The notes beneath the pieces were generated by a model. That model had not been told where the DNA came from, did not search any database, and saw only the letters and a program-made list of their open reading frames with translations. A stretch of 64,000 bases of DNA from Thermoplasmata archaeon (GTDB taxonomy: Archaea; Thermoplasmatota; Thermoplasmata; Thermoplasmatales; Thermoplasmataceae). The position numbers and the translations under genes are program-made. This document shows, in pieces, positions 30,347-40,100 of the stretch (position 1 is its first letter; every line of letters begins with the position of its first letter). The stretch covers positions 2,786-66,785 of the forward strand of contig JAKADL010000001.1 of NCBI GenBank assembly GCA_021820565.1. The letters run 5' to 3'.

Positions 30347-31000
30347 TTATTCCAGTTCGAGGGCAACTACCCGGGCCATGGATCCACTTGCGCCGTATAA
30401 TTTAAGCGGCAATGCTATGACAAAGTATTCCTTTCCAGGTGTCAGCTGTTCAAGGTTCGTAAGATCTTCAATGAATGCCATATCCTTTGCAAGAAGCGCT
30501 TTATGAACTCTGAAATCTGCATGGTCATATGGGTCGATTCCGAGAGTATCAATGCCCAGCAATCTGGGATGGTGCTTCACCAGAAAATCTACAGCATCTG
30601 AGGAAAATCCAGGAAACTTATACTGGAATTCCTCGGTATATCCACGTTTCTTGGACCATCCGGTATTCACAAGTATTATGTTCCCATCATATTCTGGTCT
30701 CCATACCTTTTCCAGTGCAGAACCATGGATTTCAGTACCTTCTATATCAGGCCTTATGCAGTAACCGGAACCTATAATCTGTTCCAGTGGTATTTTGTCC
30801 ACTGTCCTGCCACCATCGATCATATGATAAGGTGCATCTATATGGGTTCCTGTGTGGGTAACAGACTCATATTTTTCCACTGCATAACCATCTCTCGCCA
30901 GGAGCCCTATAGGATCAACCCGTACCAGAGGGTTTGTTGGCCAGCATGGCATATTAGTCTTTACATCAACCGAAAGGTCAAAATATTTCCTAACTTTCAT
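30347..31000 (-). CDS. Cyclase family protein (kynurenine formamidase-like)
   Basis: HTGTHIDAP, GIDTL, IEDL and ALPLKL motifs. Confidence 0.9.
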   Translation of the reverse strand: MKVRKYFDLSVDVKTNMPCWPTNPLVRVDPIGLLARDGYAVEKYESVTHTGTHIDAPYHMIDGGRTVDKIPLEQIIGSGYCIRPDIEGTEIHGSALEKVWRPEYDGNIILVNTGWSKKRGYTEEFQYKFPGFSSDAVDFLVKHHPRLLGIDTLGIDPYDHADFRVHKALLAKDMAFIEDLTNLEQLTPGKEYFVIALPLKLYGASGSMARVVALELE

Positions 31001-31228
31001 AATATTATAATATTAACCTATATTTATAAATTTCTTTAATTCCAATTTATAACAATTTTTTTCCTGCCATACTGAAATCTTTGGAATTATCAAATATTAT
31101 TAATTTGCTTAGTTTGCTTATTATACTATATAAACACCTAAACAAATTTTTTAAATTTGGATTTTTTTTTGAGCGTGCTTTGCTAAACCATGTCACAAAC
31201 TATTAATATAGGATATGATTTATATTTT

Positions 31229-32839
31229 ATGAATACTTCTAATAATGAAGATCTGACAAAGAGAAAATATAGAAAGGATATAGGGTTGTGGGGTGTGGTA
31301 ATGCTTGCCCTGGGAGGGATACTGGGACCTGCGATTGCCTATGCGCCAGTTTATACTCTTGCCTACGCAGGACCGGCTGGAATTCTTGCGTGGCCACTGG
31401 CCATGCTTATGATAATACCGATCGGGCTGGTATTCGCAGAGCTGGGAACCACATATCCCAAAGCTGGAGGGGTTGCGTATTACCCATCACAGAGCAATGG
31501 CCCCGTGGTGGGTGCCCTCAACGGATGGGCATCCATGGTGGGATACCTGTTTGTTGGGCCGGTGATAGTTTTTGCAGTGGTAGAATATATGAGCTTTTAT
31601 TACCCGCCATTATATAATAATGGAACACTTACATATCTCGGTATTGCTGTTGCTGAAATTGTTCTCGTTCTGGTATTCGCAATCAATGTTATGAGAATCA
31701 AGCATATGGGCGAAATAAATCTGATATTGACGGTAATAACGCTTATACTCATAGGTGTTGTCGTTATCACACTGGCATTTTATTTCAAACCGTCCAACCT
31801 TGTATCAAAAAGTGTCGGTGGATTTGCACCCTATGGATTCACCGGACTCTTTGGTGCAATAACCCTGACTGTTTTTGGGTACGGAGGTTTCAGGCAACCC
31901 ATAGATTATTCTGAGGAAGTAAAGGATCCGGGAAAAAGTATTCCCCTGGCCATAATTGCTGCCCTTCTGATATCAGGGCTAGTATTCACACTGGAATCCC
32001 TAGTATTTGCCGGTGCGGTTAATTTTGCCGGTTTCGGGATTGCACCGGGAGACTGGGCGGCATTTTTCCAGTATAGCTCACCATATGCAACTATTTCCAA
32101 GGTACTTGTAATTCCCGCCCTGGTAATAATAGCAATTATAGTGGCCCTTATAGCAACTTTCAAGGATGGTGTCATATACTATGGAAGTACGGCAAGGGTC
32201 GGAGAGGTTCTATCAAGGGACGATAAATTCTTGCCTAAACTGTTTAACAAAATGAGTCTGAGAGGAGTTCCCATATATTCCATTATCCTGGTTCTGGTGG
32301 TAACTGTCGTACTGGTTGCACTGGGAAAATCACTGGCAACAATCATAGGAATAATGGTGGATGGATTCCTTCTTTCATATGCACCGGGAGCAATCAGCCT
32401 GATGGTATTCAGAAAAACAGACCCTGACAAAAAAAGACCTTTTAAATTGCCTTTTGCCGGTGTCCTTGCACCGACAGCATTTATTATTGCCAATTTACTG
32501 GTTTACTGGTCAGGCTTTAGCTCTGTTGAAATCATAATACCGCTGGACCTTGCCGGACTGCTACTTATAATAGTTTACCATCACTACAACAAAATCGATG
32601 TCAAATATGCCATGTATGGATTATGGATGCCGATTTACCTTATATTCGTATTATTTATGTCATATATAGGAAGCAGCTTCTTCGGCGGTATCAATATAAT
32701 TCCATTCCCATATGACTCGCTTGTGTTCATAATTGTAACTCTTGCTTTCTATGTTGTCGGTGTCGGAACCGGTATCAGGGGTGTGCAATATATGAATAAA
32801 AAAACTGCGGATTTACAGAAAAGTGCTATAAATGAGTGA
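31229..32839 (+). CDS. APC family amino acid permease
   Basis: Multiple TM helices; FAELGTTYPKAGG and SEEVKDPGKSIP motifs. Confidence 0.92.
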   Translation: MNTSNNEDLTKRKYRKDIGLWGVVMLALGGILGPAIAYAPVYTLAYAGPAGILAWPLAMLMIIPIGLVFAELGTTYPKAGGVAYYPSQSNGPVVGALNGWASMVGYLFVGPVIVFAVVEYMSFYYPPLYNNGTLTYLGIAVAEIVLVLVFAINVMRIKHMGEINLILTVITLILIGVVVITLAFYFKPSNLVSKSVGGFAPYGFTGLFGAITLTVFGYGGFRQPIDYSEEVKDPGKSIPLAIIAALLISGLVFTLESLVFAGAVNFAGFGIAPGDWAAFFQYSSPYATISKVLVIPALVIIAIIVALIATFKDGVIYYGSTARVGEVLSRDDKFLPKLFNKMSLRGVPIYSIILVLVVTVVLVALGKSLATIIGIMVDGFLLSYAPGAISLMVFRKTDPDKKRPFKLPFAGVLAPTAFIIANLLVYWSGFSSVEIIIPLDLAGLLLIIVYHHYNKIDVKYAMYGLWMPIYLIFVLFMSYIGSSFFGGINIIPFPYDSLVFIIVTLAFYVVGVGTGIRGVQYMNKKTADLQKSAINE

Positions 32840-32951
32840 TACTTTTATTTTTATTTAAAATATATTATTTCTTAATAAATAATATAGAATATATTTTTAT
32901 TATTTACTTTTTTTATAGAAAACCTTAAATTATTAATATATATGTATTTTC

Positions 32952-33461
32952 ATGACTGAAAGAATCAATAATATCAATATGGAAGTTGTCAGTGAAACCA
33001 GCAAAAAAATAAAGGATGCGAAGGGACATTTCCTGGCTGAAAAACACATAAATGGTGAGTTCCATTTTGACGGTAGCCCCATGTTTACAGCTGAACTTAA
33101 ATCTGAGATGGCGACATTTGTCATGGGCGCCGATGAGCCCGGAGTTCTGGGTGGCAGGGGTGTCCAGCCTACGCCATTAAATTACCTCATGATGGGAGTA
33201 ATGTCCTGCTATGCTTCTACAGTTGCCATCCAGGCTGCAAAAAAAGGAGTAAAGCTGGGTAAATTGAAATTTATCGGGCACCTTTATTATGACATAGGGC
33301 CCGTCGTGGAGGATCTGGATTTTCCAATTATCAAAGCTTTAAATATAGATGTTGAAGCGGATAAAGAAATAGGAGAAATACTGAAACTATCAGAAAAAGC
33401 CTGTCCTGCTCTTTATGCAATTAGAAATCCGATTAAAACTGAAATTAAACAGATAAAATAA
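32952..33461 (+). CDS. OsmC family protein
   Basis: DEPGVLGG...PTPLNYL...SC and second Cys in KACP. Confidence 0.85.
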   Translation: MTERINNINMEVVSETSKKIKDAKGHFLAEKHINGEFHFDGSPMFTAELKSEMATFVMGADEPGVLGGRGVQPTPLNYLMMGVMSCYASTVAIQAAKKGVKLGKLKFIGHLYYDIGPVVEDLDFPIIKALNIDVEADKEIGEILKLSEKACPALYAIRNPIKTEIKQIK

Positions 33462-35816
33462 CTAAATTTTATAATGCTTAAAAACTATATTTTTTATGGA
33501 ATCCATGAATACCATCCAGACAAAGGTCAATGCTATGCTTATAACAATGAATTCCAGCGGTATAGCAGTAACCAGTATTCCGTAATATGAAAGTGACGAT
33601 ATAACCAGGATGTCAAGAATGCTCGAAATCAATAAAATATTGGACGGCCTGGAACTGAAAAATCTCTTTCTTTCTCTTACCATGTATACAGTAAACTGCC
33701 CCGAAAAAACAAGCATATCGAAGATGAATGTATGCAGCTGGTTGATTCCTAGGTGTGCGTACATACCGATATAAAGAAATATGAATCCCTCTACTACAAG
33801 CATTGAAGAGAGTATCACAGATGAAGAAATAAGAGATCTGACATTCCATTTTTCAGGCTTTAAGGAAAAACCAACATTGTCGGTTGCTATTGACATTGTT
33901 ACAAAGTCATTGGCGAATATCAACAGGATGACATCGAAAGGTGTGGTAACAAAAAACCTGACAACAAAAAATGAAAGTGTAAGGAAAAAGGCTACCTGTA
34001 TTGTTTTCATTATCTTATTCAGGGTATATGTCAGCATTCTCTGATAGATTCTCCTTCCTGATTTGATCCCGTCCACTATATCGGTGAGGCCGGGATGCGT
34101 TAGAACTACACTTGCTGATGCCTTTGCCACATCAGTGGCTGATGCAACGGCAACCCCGAATTCTGCCTGCTTCAGGGCAGGCGAATCATTTACACCATCA
34201 CCAGTCATGCCCACAATATGCCCTGTTTTCTGCAATGCCTTGACAATGTAGTATTTATCCTCAGGAAATACTTCTGCAAAGACGGAGCAGTCCGATGATG
34301 AGATACCGTTATCCTTTAAATTCCCGGTTTCACATAGTTTCTTGTCAAGGCCTATCTCACCTGCAACTTCCTCTGCAATCAATCGGTTATCCCCTGTTAT
34401 CATTACCGGTGAAACATTTATACCCTTTAATTCAGAAATAAGCATTTTTGAATCTTTTCTCGGGGGATCATATAATGGTATGATTCCTTTGATTTCAAGC
34501 TTATCTGTTCCTGTTGCTATGGCAATAATCCTGAAGCCCTGTGAAGAAAAATATTTCACGTCATCACTGTAAGTATCAGGAACAGTTTCACAGAGGCCTG
34601 CAACCATCTGTGGTGCACCTTTTATGATTCTGGTCTGTACACCGTTCTGCAGAATTACTGCCTCAGTTCTTTTAATTGCCGGGTCAAACGGCACAAATTT
34701 GGTTCTTATGGAATAATCGGGTTTTATGGACTTTGTTTCACCGTAATCCAGAATAGCATTATCTATAGGGTCCTCGCTTTCTCTCTCGGAGGCATAGGAT
34801 GCATAGAGTATGAGTCCGGCTTCGTCTCCAGAGTAAACCTTGGGTTCGCGGAGGGTTAACTTATCCTCTGTTATGGTTCCCGTCTTATCCATGCACAGTG
34901 TATCCATGGATGCAGCATCCTCTATTGCTGAGAGCCTTGTAACTATTTCACCGCGTCTGGACATGTGCAGTGCGCCCAGTGCCATTGCAATAGTGAATGT
35001 TGCCGGCAGTGCAACCGGAATTGATGCTATCAGTACCACAAGGGCGAATGGGATTACGTCGGTGAGGCTTACGCCAGCATATATTGAAAAGAATATGAGT
35101 GCAACAACGAGGATTATATCTATTGCTATAAGGTCCTTGACGATGCTCATTATGAGCTCTTCGATGTGCGATTTTGTTTTTGCGGTTTCCACCAGTTCTG
35201 TGGTTTTGCCGAAATATGTTTTTGTGCCTGTTGAGGTAACTACCCCGTTTGCCTCACCGCGCTTTACTATGGAGCTGGAATAAACAGTATCTCCCTTTTT
35301 TCTGGTGACCGATAATGATTCTCCCGTTAATGCTGACTGGTCTATTTCCAGTTCGTTATCTATAATCTTTATATCAGCCGGTATCACATCTCCCAGTCTT
35401 AAATGTACCATATCGCCCGGAACCAGCATTCTGGCAGGCAAAACTACCCATTTTTTATCCCTCAGTACTCTTGCCTGTACAGAAAGTTTCTTTTTCAGTA
35501 ATTCTACAGCATTATCTGCCTTTGATTCCTGCGTATAGGATATTATCCCGTTGAAGACAACCAGAAAGGCAATTATTATGGTATCATCATATTTATGAAG
35601 AAAAAATGTTATGATTATGGTAACTTCCAGCATCCACGGAATAGGAGCCCAGAATTTTTTCAGGAATTTGATGATATTACTCTGTTTTTTTTCGGCAACT
35701 TCATTATAACCATATTTCTGCAATCTGCTTTCAGCATCAGTTGTGCTGAGTCCATCGGAGGTTGCATTTAAATTCTGAAATGTTGTTTCCAGGTTATTGC
35801 TATCCTGTTTATCCAT
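33462..35816 (-). CDS. Plasma-membrane-type proton-efflux P-type ATPase (P3A)
   Basis: LTGES, IPVALP, DKTGT, KGAP, MTGDGVND, RRIYQRM and FANDF motifs. Confidence 0.93.
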   Translation of the reverse strand: MDKQDSNNLETTFQNLNATSDGLSTTDAESRLQKYGYNEVAEKKQSNIIKFLKKFWAPIPWMLEVTIIITFFLHKYDDTIIIAFLVVFNGIISYTQESKADNAVELLKKKLSVQARVLRDKKWVVLPARMLVPGDMVHLRLGDVIPADIKIIDNELEIDQSALTGESLSVTRKKGDTVYSSSIVKRGEANGVVTSTGTKTYFGKTTELVETAKTKSHIEELIMSIVKDLIAIDIILVVALIFFSIYAGVSLTDVIPFALVVLIASIPVALPATFTIAMALGALHMSRRGEIVTRLSAIEDAASMDTLCMDKTGTITEDKLTLREPKVYSGDEAGLILYASYASERESEDPIDNAILDYGETKSIKPDYSIRTKFVPFDPAIKRTEAVILQNGVQTRIIKGAPQMVAGLCETVPDTYSDDVKYFSSQGFRIIAIATGTDKLEIKGIIPLYDPPRKDSKMLISELKGINVSPVMITGDNRLIAEEVAGEIGLDKKLCETGNLKDNGISSSDCSVFAEVFPEDKYYIVKALQKTGHIVGMTGDGVNDSPALKQAEFGVAVASATDVAKASASVVLTHPGLTDIVDGIKSGRRIYQRMLTYTLNKIMKTIQVAFFLTLSFFVVRFFVTTPFDVILLIFANDFVTMSIATDNVGFSLKPEKWNVRSLISSSVILSSMLVVEGFIFLYIGMYAHLGINQLHTFIFDMLVFSGQFTVYMVRERKRFFSSRPSNILLISSILDILVISSLSYYGILVTAIPLEFIVISIALTFVWMVFMDSIKNIVFKHYKI

Positions 35817-35890
35817 AAAATCAATAAATGATAGGGATATGAAATATAAATTTATTTAAAGTTATAATAATATTCAGGAAAATGAGATGT

Positions 35891-37105
35891 TTATTTTATT
35901 CCCGCTTTCTGCCCGGAGTCCATGGCCATGCCTTTCTTATGCTTCAGATTGGAAATGAATATTGTAGAATTGTTCCCGTATCTTTTGAAGAGGTATATTG
36001 CCGATGCTATGACCGGGATTATGAGTATAAAAAATGAATAATCATATCCTATGAATCCCACTATATAACCGAATACCAGTGGTATTATCATGAACAGCAC
36101 ATTATTGTATGCCATAAAGTATGAGTTTGCAGCGCTTCTCTGTTCAATTGTTGTCCCCCTGGCGATCATGATAGTGGACATGGGGAATATTGAACCATGT
36201 GGAATTCCAAGGAGCATCATGAGAAGAAGGAAATCTGTAAATGTTGAAAGGAAAGGAAACATTGTAAGTGAAAATCCGGTAATGATTATGGAAATAACCA
36301 GCGGTATCTTTATATGTTTTAACGGGCGAATTGTAAGTACAATCCTTGTAAGGAATGAAACTGAAAAGAAGTAAATATATGGAGAATATGCAACTGCCCC
36401 GGAAACATGGAATTTTGATATAGCATACAGGGTTAGGAAGATGCTCAATGCAGCAAATGGTACATTATATGTGGTTACTGTCAGTATGCTTGCCCTTAAC
36501 CCATCATTTTTCATTACATTTGCCCGGGTTTCATTCTTCGTGTCTGGAAATTTTATCATTGTAGATACTATTAAACCTGCAAGTACTACCGGAATAAAAA
36601 ATAAAAACACATATCTGTAACTTACAAAGGTAAGCACATAATCCTCAATTGTAGGCCCCAGAATGAGGCTGAGGCTCAATCCCACTGAATACAGGGATAT
36701 CAATCTTTCCCGTTCTCTCTGATCTTTCAGGAGAGATGATGAAGTAATAAGATTGGGCATCATTATGCCATATGCAAGGCCGGCCAGTGCTGAAATCAGC
36801 CATATTGTTATGCCATCAGCAAAGTAATAGCCTACAAGGGATACCAGTATTGCCACATTGGCACCGATAAATAATTTTCTTCTGAGAACGGAATTAAGCC
36901 TTGGATTTATATAGAATGTAACAGTGAAGGTAAATAGATATATTACTGCAGATATGATTCCCACAAGGAACCTTGAAAAACCTAGGTCTATTTTTGCGAG
37001 AAGTGGTACAGTGGTAATTATCATATTGTTTGTTGCCCTCATTGAAAAAGTCATTATTATTACTGTAATTGCAAGATAAATAAAGCTGATATTTTTCTTT
37101 TCCAT
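35891..37105 (-). CDS. MFS transporter
   Basis: 404 aa with about 12 hydrophobic segments. Confidence 0.85.
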   Translation of the reverse strand: MEKKNISFIYLAITVIIMTFSMRATNNMIITTVPLLAKIDLGFSRFLVGIISAVIYLFTFTVTFYINPRLNSVLRRKLFIGANVAILVSLVGYYFADGITIWLISALAGLAYGIMMPNLITSSSLLKDQRERERLISLYSVGLSLSLILGPTIEDYVLTFVSYRYVFLFFIPVVLAGLIVSTMIKFPDTKNETRANVMKNDGLRASILTVTTYNVPFAALSIFLTLYAISKFHVSGAVAYSPYIYFFSVSFLTRIVLTIRPLKHIKIPLVISIIITGFSLTMFPFLSTFTDFLLLMMLLGIPHGSIFPMSTIMIARGTTIEQRSAANSYFMAYNNVLFMIIPLVFGYIVGFIGYDYSFFILIIPVIASAIYLFKRYGNNSTIFISNLKHKKGMAMDSGQKAGIK

Positions 37106-37210
37106 AAATACCTTTTTCAGATATTACAGAATAATATATAAATATTTATCCGATAATTATATTCTTATAAAATGTTCATTGATAAATTATATACAAACTT
37201 ATATCTATGA

Positions 37211-38014
37211 ATGAAATTAGTTAATATGGAAAAAATCCTCCTCATGGATGCAGATGAAAGTTTCGGTTTCAGATTTGCAAAGGATTTTGCCGAGACATAT
37301 GACATTCATTTACTTTATCCAGGAAAAGGAATCAAAAATTATATTGAATCAATTATGTCCATGGAGGATAATTTTGACTATATAATAAATAATTTCAATA
37401 TACCATTTTATTCAAATAATTACGAATATATGAAAATGAATAGCGGTACCCAGGAGATAATAAACTCAAGATTCAAACACGGGGAAAAAATACTGATATC
37501 TAACCAGATGGTTTACTCATCATCAGCGCAGGCAAAAATTGAAAGTGCAATTACAGAACCTGAAACGGAATATGGAAAATCAAAATTATATGCTGAGAAG
37601 CTTGCAGAAGAAAATAAGGATTTTCTTATTGTTAGAAGTGGAATGATCTACGGCAAATGCACATATAATATTTATACAGATATCCTTACTGCCATAAGGG
37701 GAAAAATACCTTTGAAACTTGACAACAGTATAATTTTAAATCCAGTATTGAATTCTGACCTTGCACTGGTGGTGGAAAAGGCAATGAAGGACAGGGAATC
37801 TCATGTCATTAATGTCGCAGCCGGTGATTCTATGACATTATATCAGTTCGGCAGGCGTCTTTATGATTCAGTGAACACTGATAGCTGCCCTTTCATAAAG
37901 ATAAATGCAGGAAAAGTATTGGATTATAATATTGATTCAACACGAGTCGAAAAAACATATAAAATCAAATTTACAGATCTTGAAAGTATTGATTTTCTGA
38001 ATTTCATGCGATAA
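37211..38014 (+). CDS. RmlD-like / extended SDR sugar-nucleotide-binding protein (divergent)
   Basis: ISNQMVY, PETEYGKSKLYAE and IVRSGMIYG present; Gly-rich NAD motif degenerate. Confidence 0.7.
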   Translation: MKLVNMEKILLMDADESFGFRFAKDFAETYDIHLLYPGKGIKNYIESIMSMEDNFDYIINNFNIPFYSNNYEYMKMNSGTQEIINSRFKHGEKILISNQMVYSSSAQAKIESAITEPETEYGKSKLYAEKLAEENKDFLIVRSGMIYGKCTYNIYTDILTAIRGKIPLKLDNSIILNPVLNSDLALVVEKAMKDRESHVINVAAGDSMTLYQFGRRLYDSVNTDSCPFIKINAGKVLDYNIDSTRVEKTYKIKFTDLESIDFLNFMR

Positions 38015-38020
38015 TTTTCA

Positions 38021-38752
38021 TTATAAATCTAGCAGTTTCAGCAGGAATGGCCTTACCGATGAATAGTCTATGCTATATTTTGCATATGTGTCCTGATCTC
38101 CCACCTTGATTGTGATGGCATCAGGGTTGAGCTTAAAAGCATCTTCGTCTGTTGCATCATCGCCCATAATAATTGCCTGCCTATTCTTGTTTCTCAGCAA
38201 CTTTATTGCATTTCCTTTATCGACACGGGGCATTCTCAATTCCAGTATATCTATGCCAGTATACAGATTCATATTAAATTCCCGGGAAAGGCCTATTATA
38301 ATTTTCCTGAGTTCCCTTATTTTTCCAGGATTTTTAATATTTCCGGTGTGGAATAGCAAACCACCAGATTTTCTATATATTCTCAGACCCGGAAATTCAT
38401 CCACAAGATAACTGTTTTCACTGTAAAGTTTTCCTGATAACTGTTCATATTTTTTGAAACCGGGAACTGCTAGATTTTCTCCCTGTATGCGAAAGGTCGC
38501 ACCGTGTAGGCCTATTATATTATATTCCCCAATAAACCGCATTATTTCACATATATCCCTACCGGTAACTATGTATGTTTCATAGGCAGTATTTAATGAT
38601 GCAAGTAGTTCAATAAGTGATTTATCTGCCTGATTGAATTCCGGATCATTGATTATAGGAACCAGTGTTCCATCATAATCCAGGAAAATCTGGGGTACCT
38701 GGCCCATTATGCCCTTGATCCGGCTCAGAAGTTGATTTTCATTGATTATCAT
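38021..38752 (-). CDS. otsB: Trehalose-6-phosphate phosphatase
   Basis: FLDYDGTL, VTGR, DKGNAI and GDDATDEDAF (HAD motifs). Confidence 0.93.
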   Translation of the reverse strand: MIINENQLLSRIKGIMGQVPQIFLDYDGTLVPIINDPEFNQADKSLIELLASLNTAYETYIVTGRDICEIMRFIGEYNIIGLHGATFRIQGENLAVPGFKKYEQLSGKLYSENSYLVDEFPGLRIYRKSGGLLFHTGNIKNPGKIRELRKIIIGLSREFNMNLYTGIDILELRMPRVDKGNAIKLLRNKNRQAIIMGDDATDEDAFKLNPDAITIKVGDQDTYAKYSIDYSSVRPFLLKLLDL

Positions 38753-40070
38753 AATTACTGTCTGCTGCCTTTATAATTCTCTTATACCACCAATCACTGT
38801 TCTTTAAAAGTACGTACTTTTTCATCTTTTCAAGCCTCAATTTTCTTTCTTCGTCACTCATTTCGAGAGCACGAACAATTGAGCTGGCTATTTCATTTAT
38901 ATTATTGGGATTTACTATTAATGCACCCTTGAGTCCCTCAGCGGCCCCTGCAAATTTCGAAAGTATGAGAACTCCCTTTTTCGTGGTCGCAACAAATTCT
39001 TTGCTCACAAGGTTTAACCCGTCTATTAATGGTGTTATCATGGCAATATCGCCACTGGAATAAAGACTTAGAAGGGATCTGAATGACATTTTATGATACA
39101 TGTATACGATAGGTATCCAGGTGGCTGTGCTATACTGCCCGTTTACCCGCCCTATTTCCATCTCCAGCTTGCTCCTGATTTCATCGTATCCCTGGATACC
39201 GGCCCTGCTTGGTGTTACATTCATGAGGTATATGAATTTCCCGGAAAGATCCTTTCTGTAACTTAGCACCTTATCTATTGCCTTGACCCTCTGAATTAGG
39301 CCTTTTGTATAATCCATTCTGTCAACGGAAAATATTATGGATGCCTTTTTCACGTGATGCATCCCGTACTGCCCTTTCAGTGGGTGATAAACCCTTGTAT
39401 CAATCCCCAGTGGTACAGAGAGCGTTTTAAGCTGGCTTATAAGTTTAATATTGTTATATTCAAGCGTCCTGTGGAAATTTTTTTCGTATAATTTTATATG
39501 AAAGGTCACCAGGTTTGATTTGGATATGCTCCTGGCAAGAAACTTCCCCTCCGGTAAAATGCTGAAAAATTCAGAGGATACCCATGGTATATGCCATGAA
39601 AAAATAATATTATTGGCTATGCCCAGATTTCTGAGGATAGAGGGTACCATCATCAGCTGGTAATCGTGGATCCATATGGTTGTTTTACTATCTATTTCTT
39701 CAATGATAGCTTTTGCGAATTTTTCATTAACAGCATAATAATATTTAAATCCGGTTGCATCCAGCTTTATGTTACTCCTGAAATAATGAAAAAGTGGCCA
39801 TAACACACTGTTAGAGTAATCATTATAAAATCCCTGTTTCTCGGTGGCTGTAAGATATAGCCGGCGGACAGTGTAGCCATCAATATCCTCTTTTTCATGC
39901 GCCTGATCATTCCTTCCATCGCCCCAGCAAACCCATGTACCCCTGTATTTTTTGAGAACGCCGGTGAGTGCAGTTGCAACACCGCCCACATTCTGTATTT
40001 TGATCTCCCTGCCATTCTGTATTCTGTATGAATAGGGGGCCCTGCTGGTAACAATAAGAAGTTTATCCAT
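38739..40070 (-). CDS. otsA: Trehalose-6-phosphate synthase (GT20)
   Basis: GGVATAL, LWPLFHY, WIHDYQL, VDRMDYTKG and DGLNLVSKEF motifs. Confidence 0.95.
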   Translation of the reverse strand: MDKLLIVTSRAPYSYRIQNGREIKIQNVGGVATALTGVLKKYRGTWVCWGDGRNDQAHEKEDIDGYTVRRLYLTATEKQGFYNDYSNSVLWPLFHYFRSNIKLDATGFKYYYAVNEKFAKAIIEEIDSKTTIWIHDYQLMMVPSILRNLGIANNIIFSWHIPWVSSEFFSILPEGKFLARSISKSNLVTFHIKLYEKNFHRTLEYNNIKLISQLKTLSVPLGIDTRVYHPLKGQYGMHHVKKASIIFSVDRMDYTKGLIQRVKAIDKVLSYRKDLSGKFIYLMNVTPSRAGIQGYDEIRSKLEMEIGRVNGQYSTATWIPIVYMYHKMSFRSLLSLYSSGDIAMITPLIDGLNLVSKEFVATTKKGVLILSKFAGAAEGLKGALIVNPNNINEIASSIVRALEMSDEERKLRLEKMKKYVLLKNSDWWYKRIIKAADSNYDNQ

Positions 40071-40100
40071 AAAAATATAATACAGCTTTGATTAAAAAGG

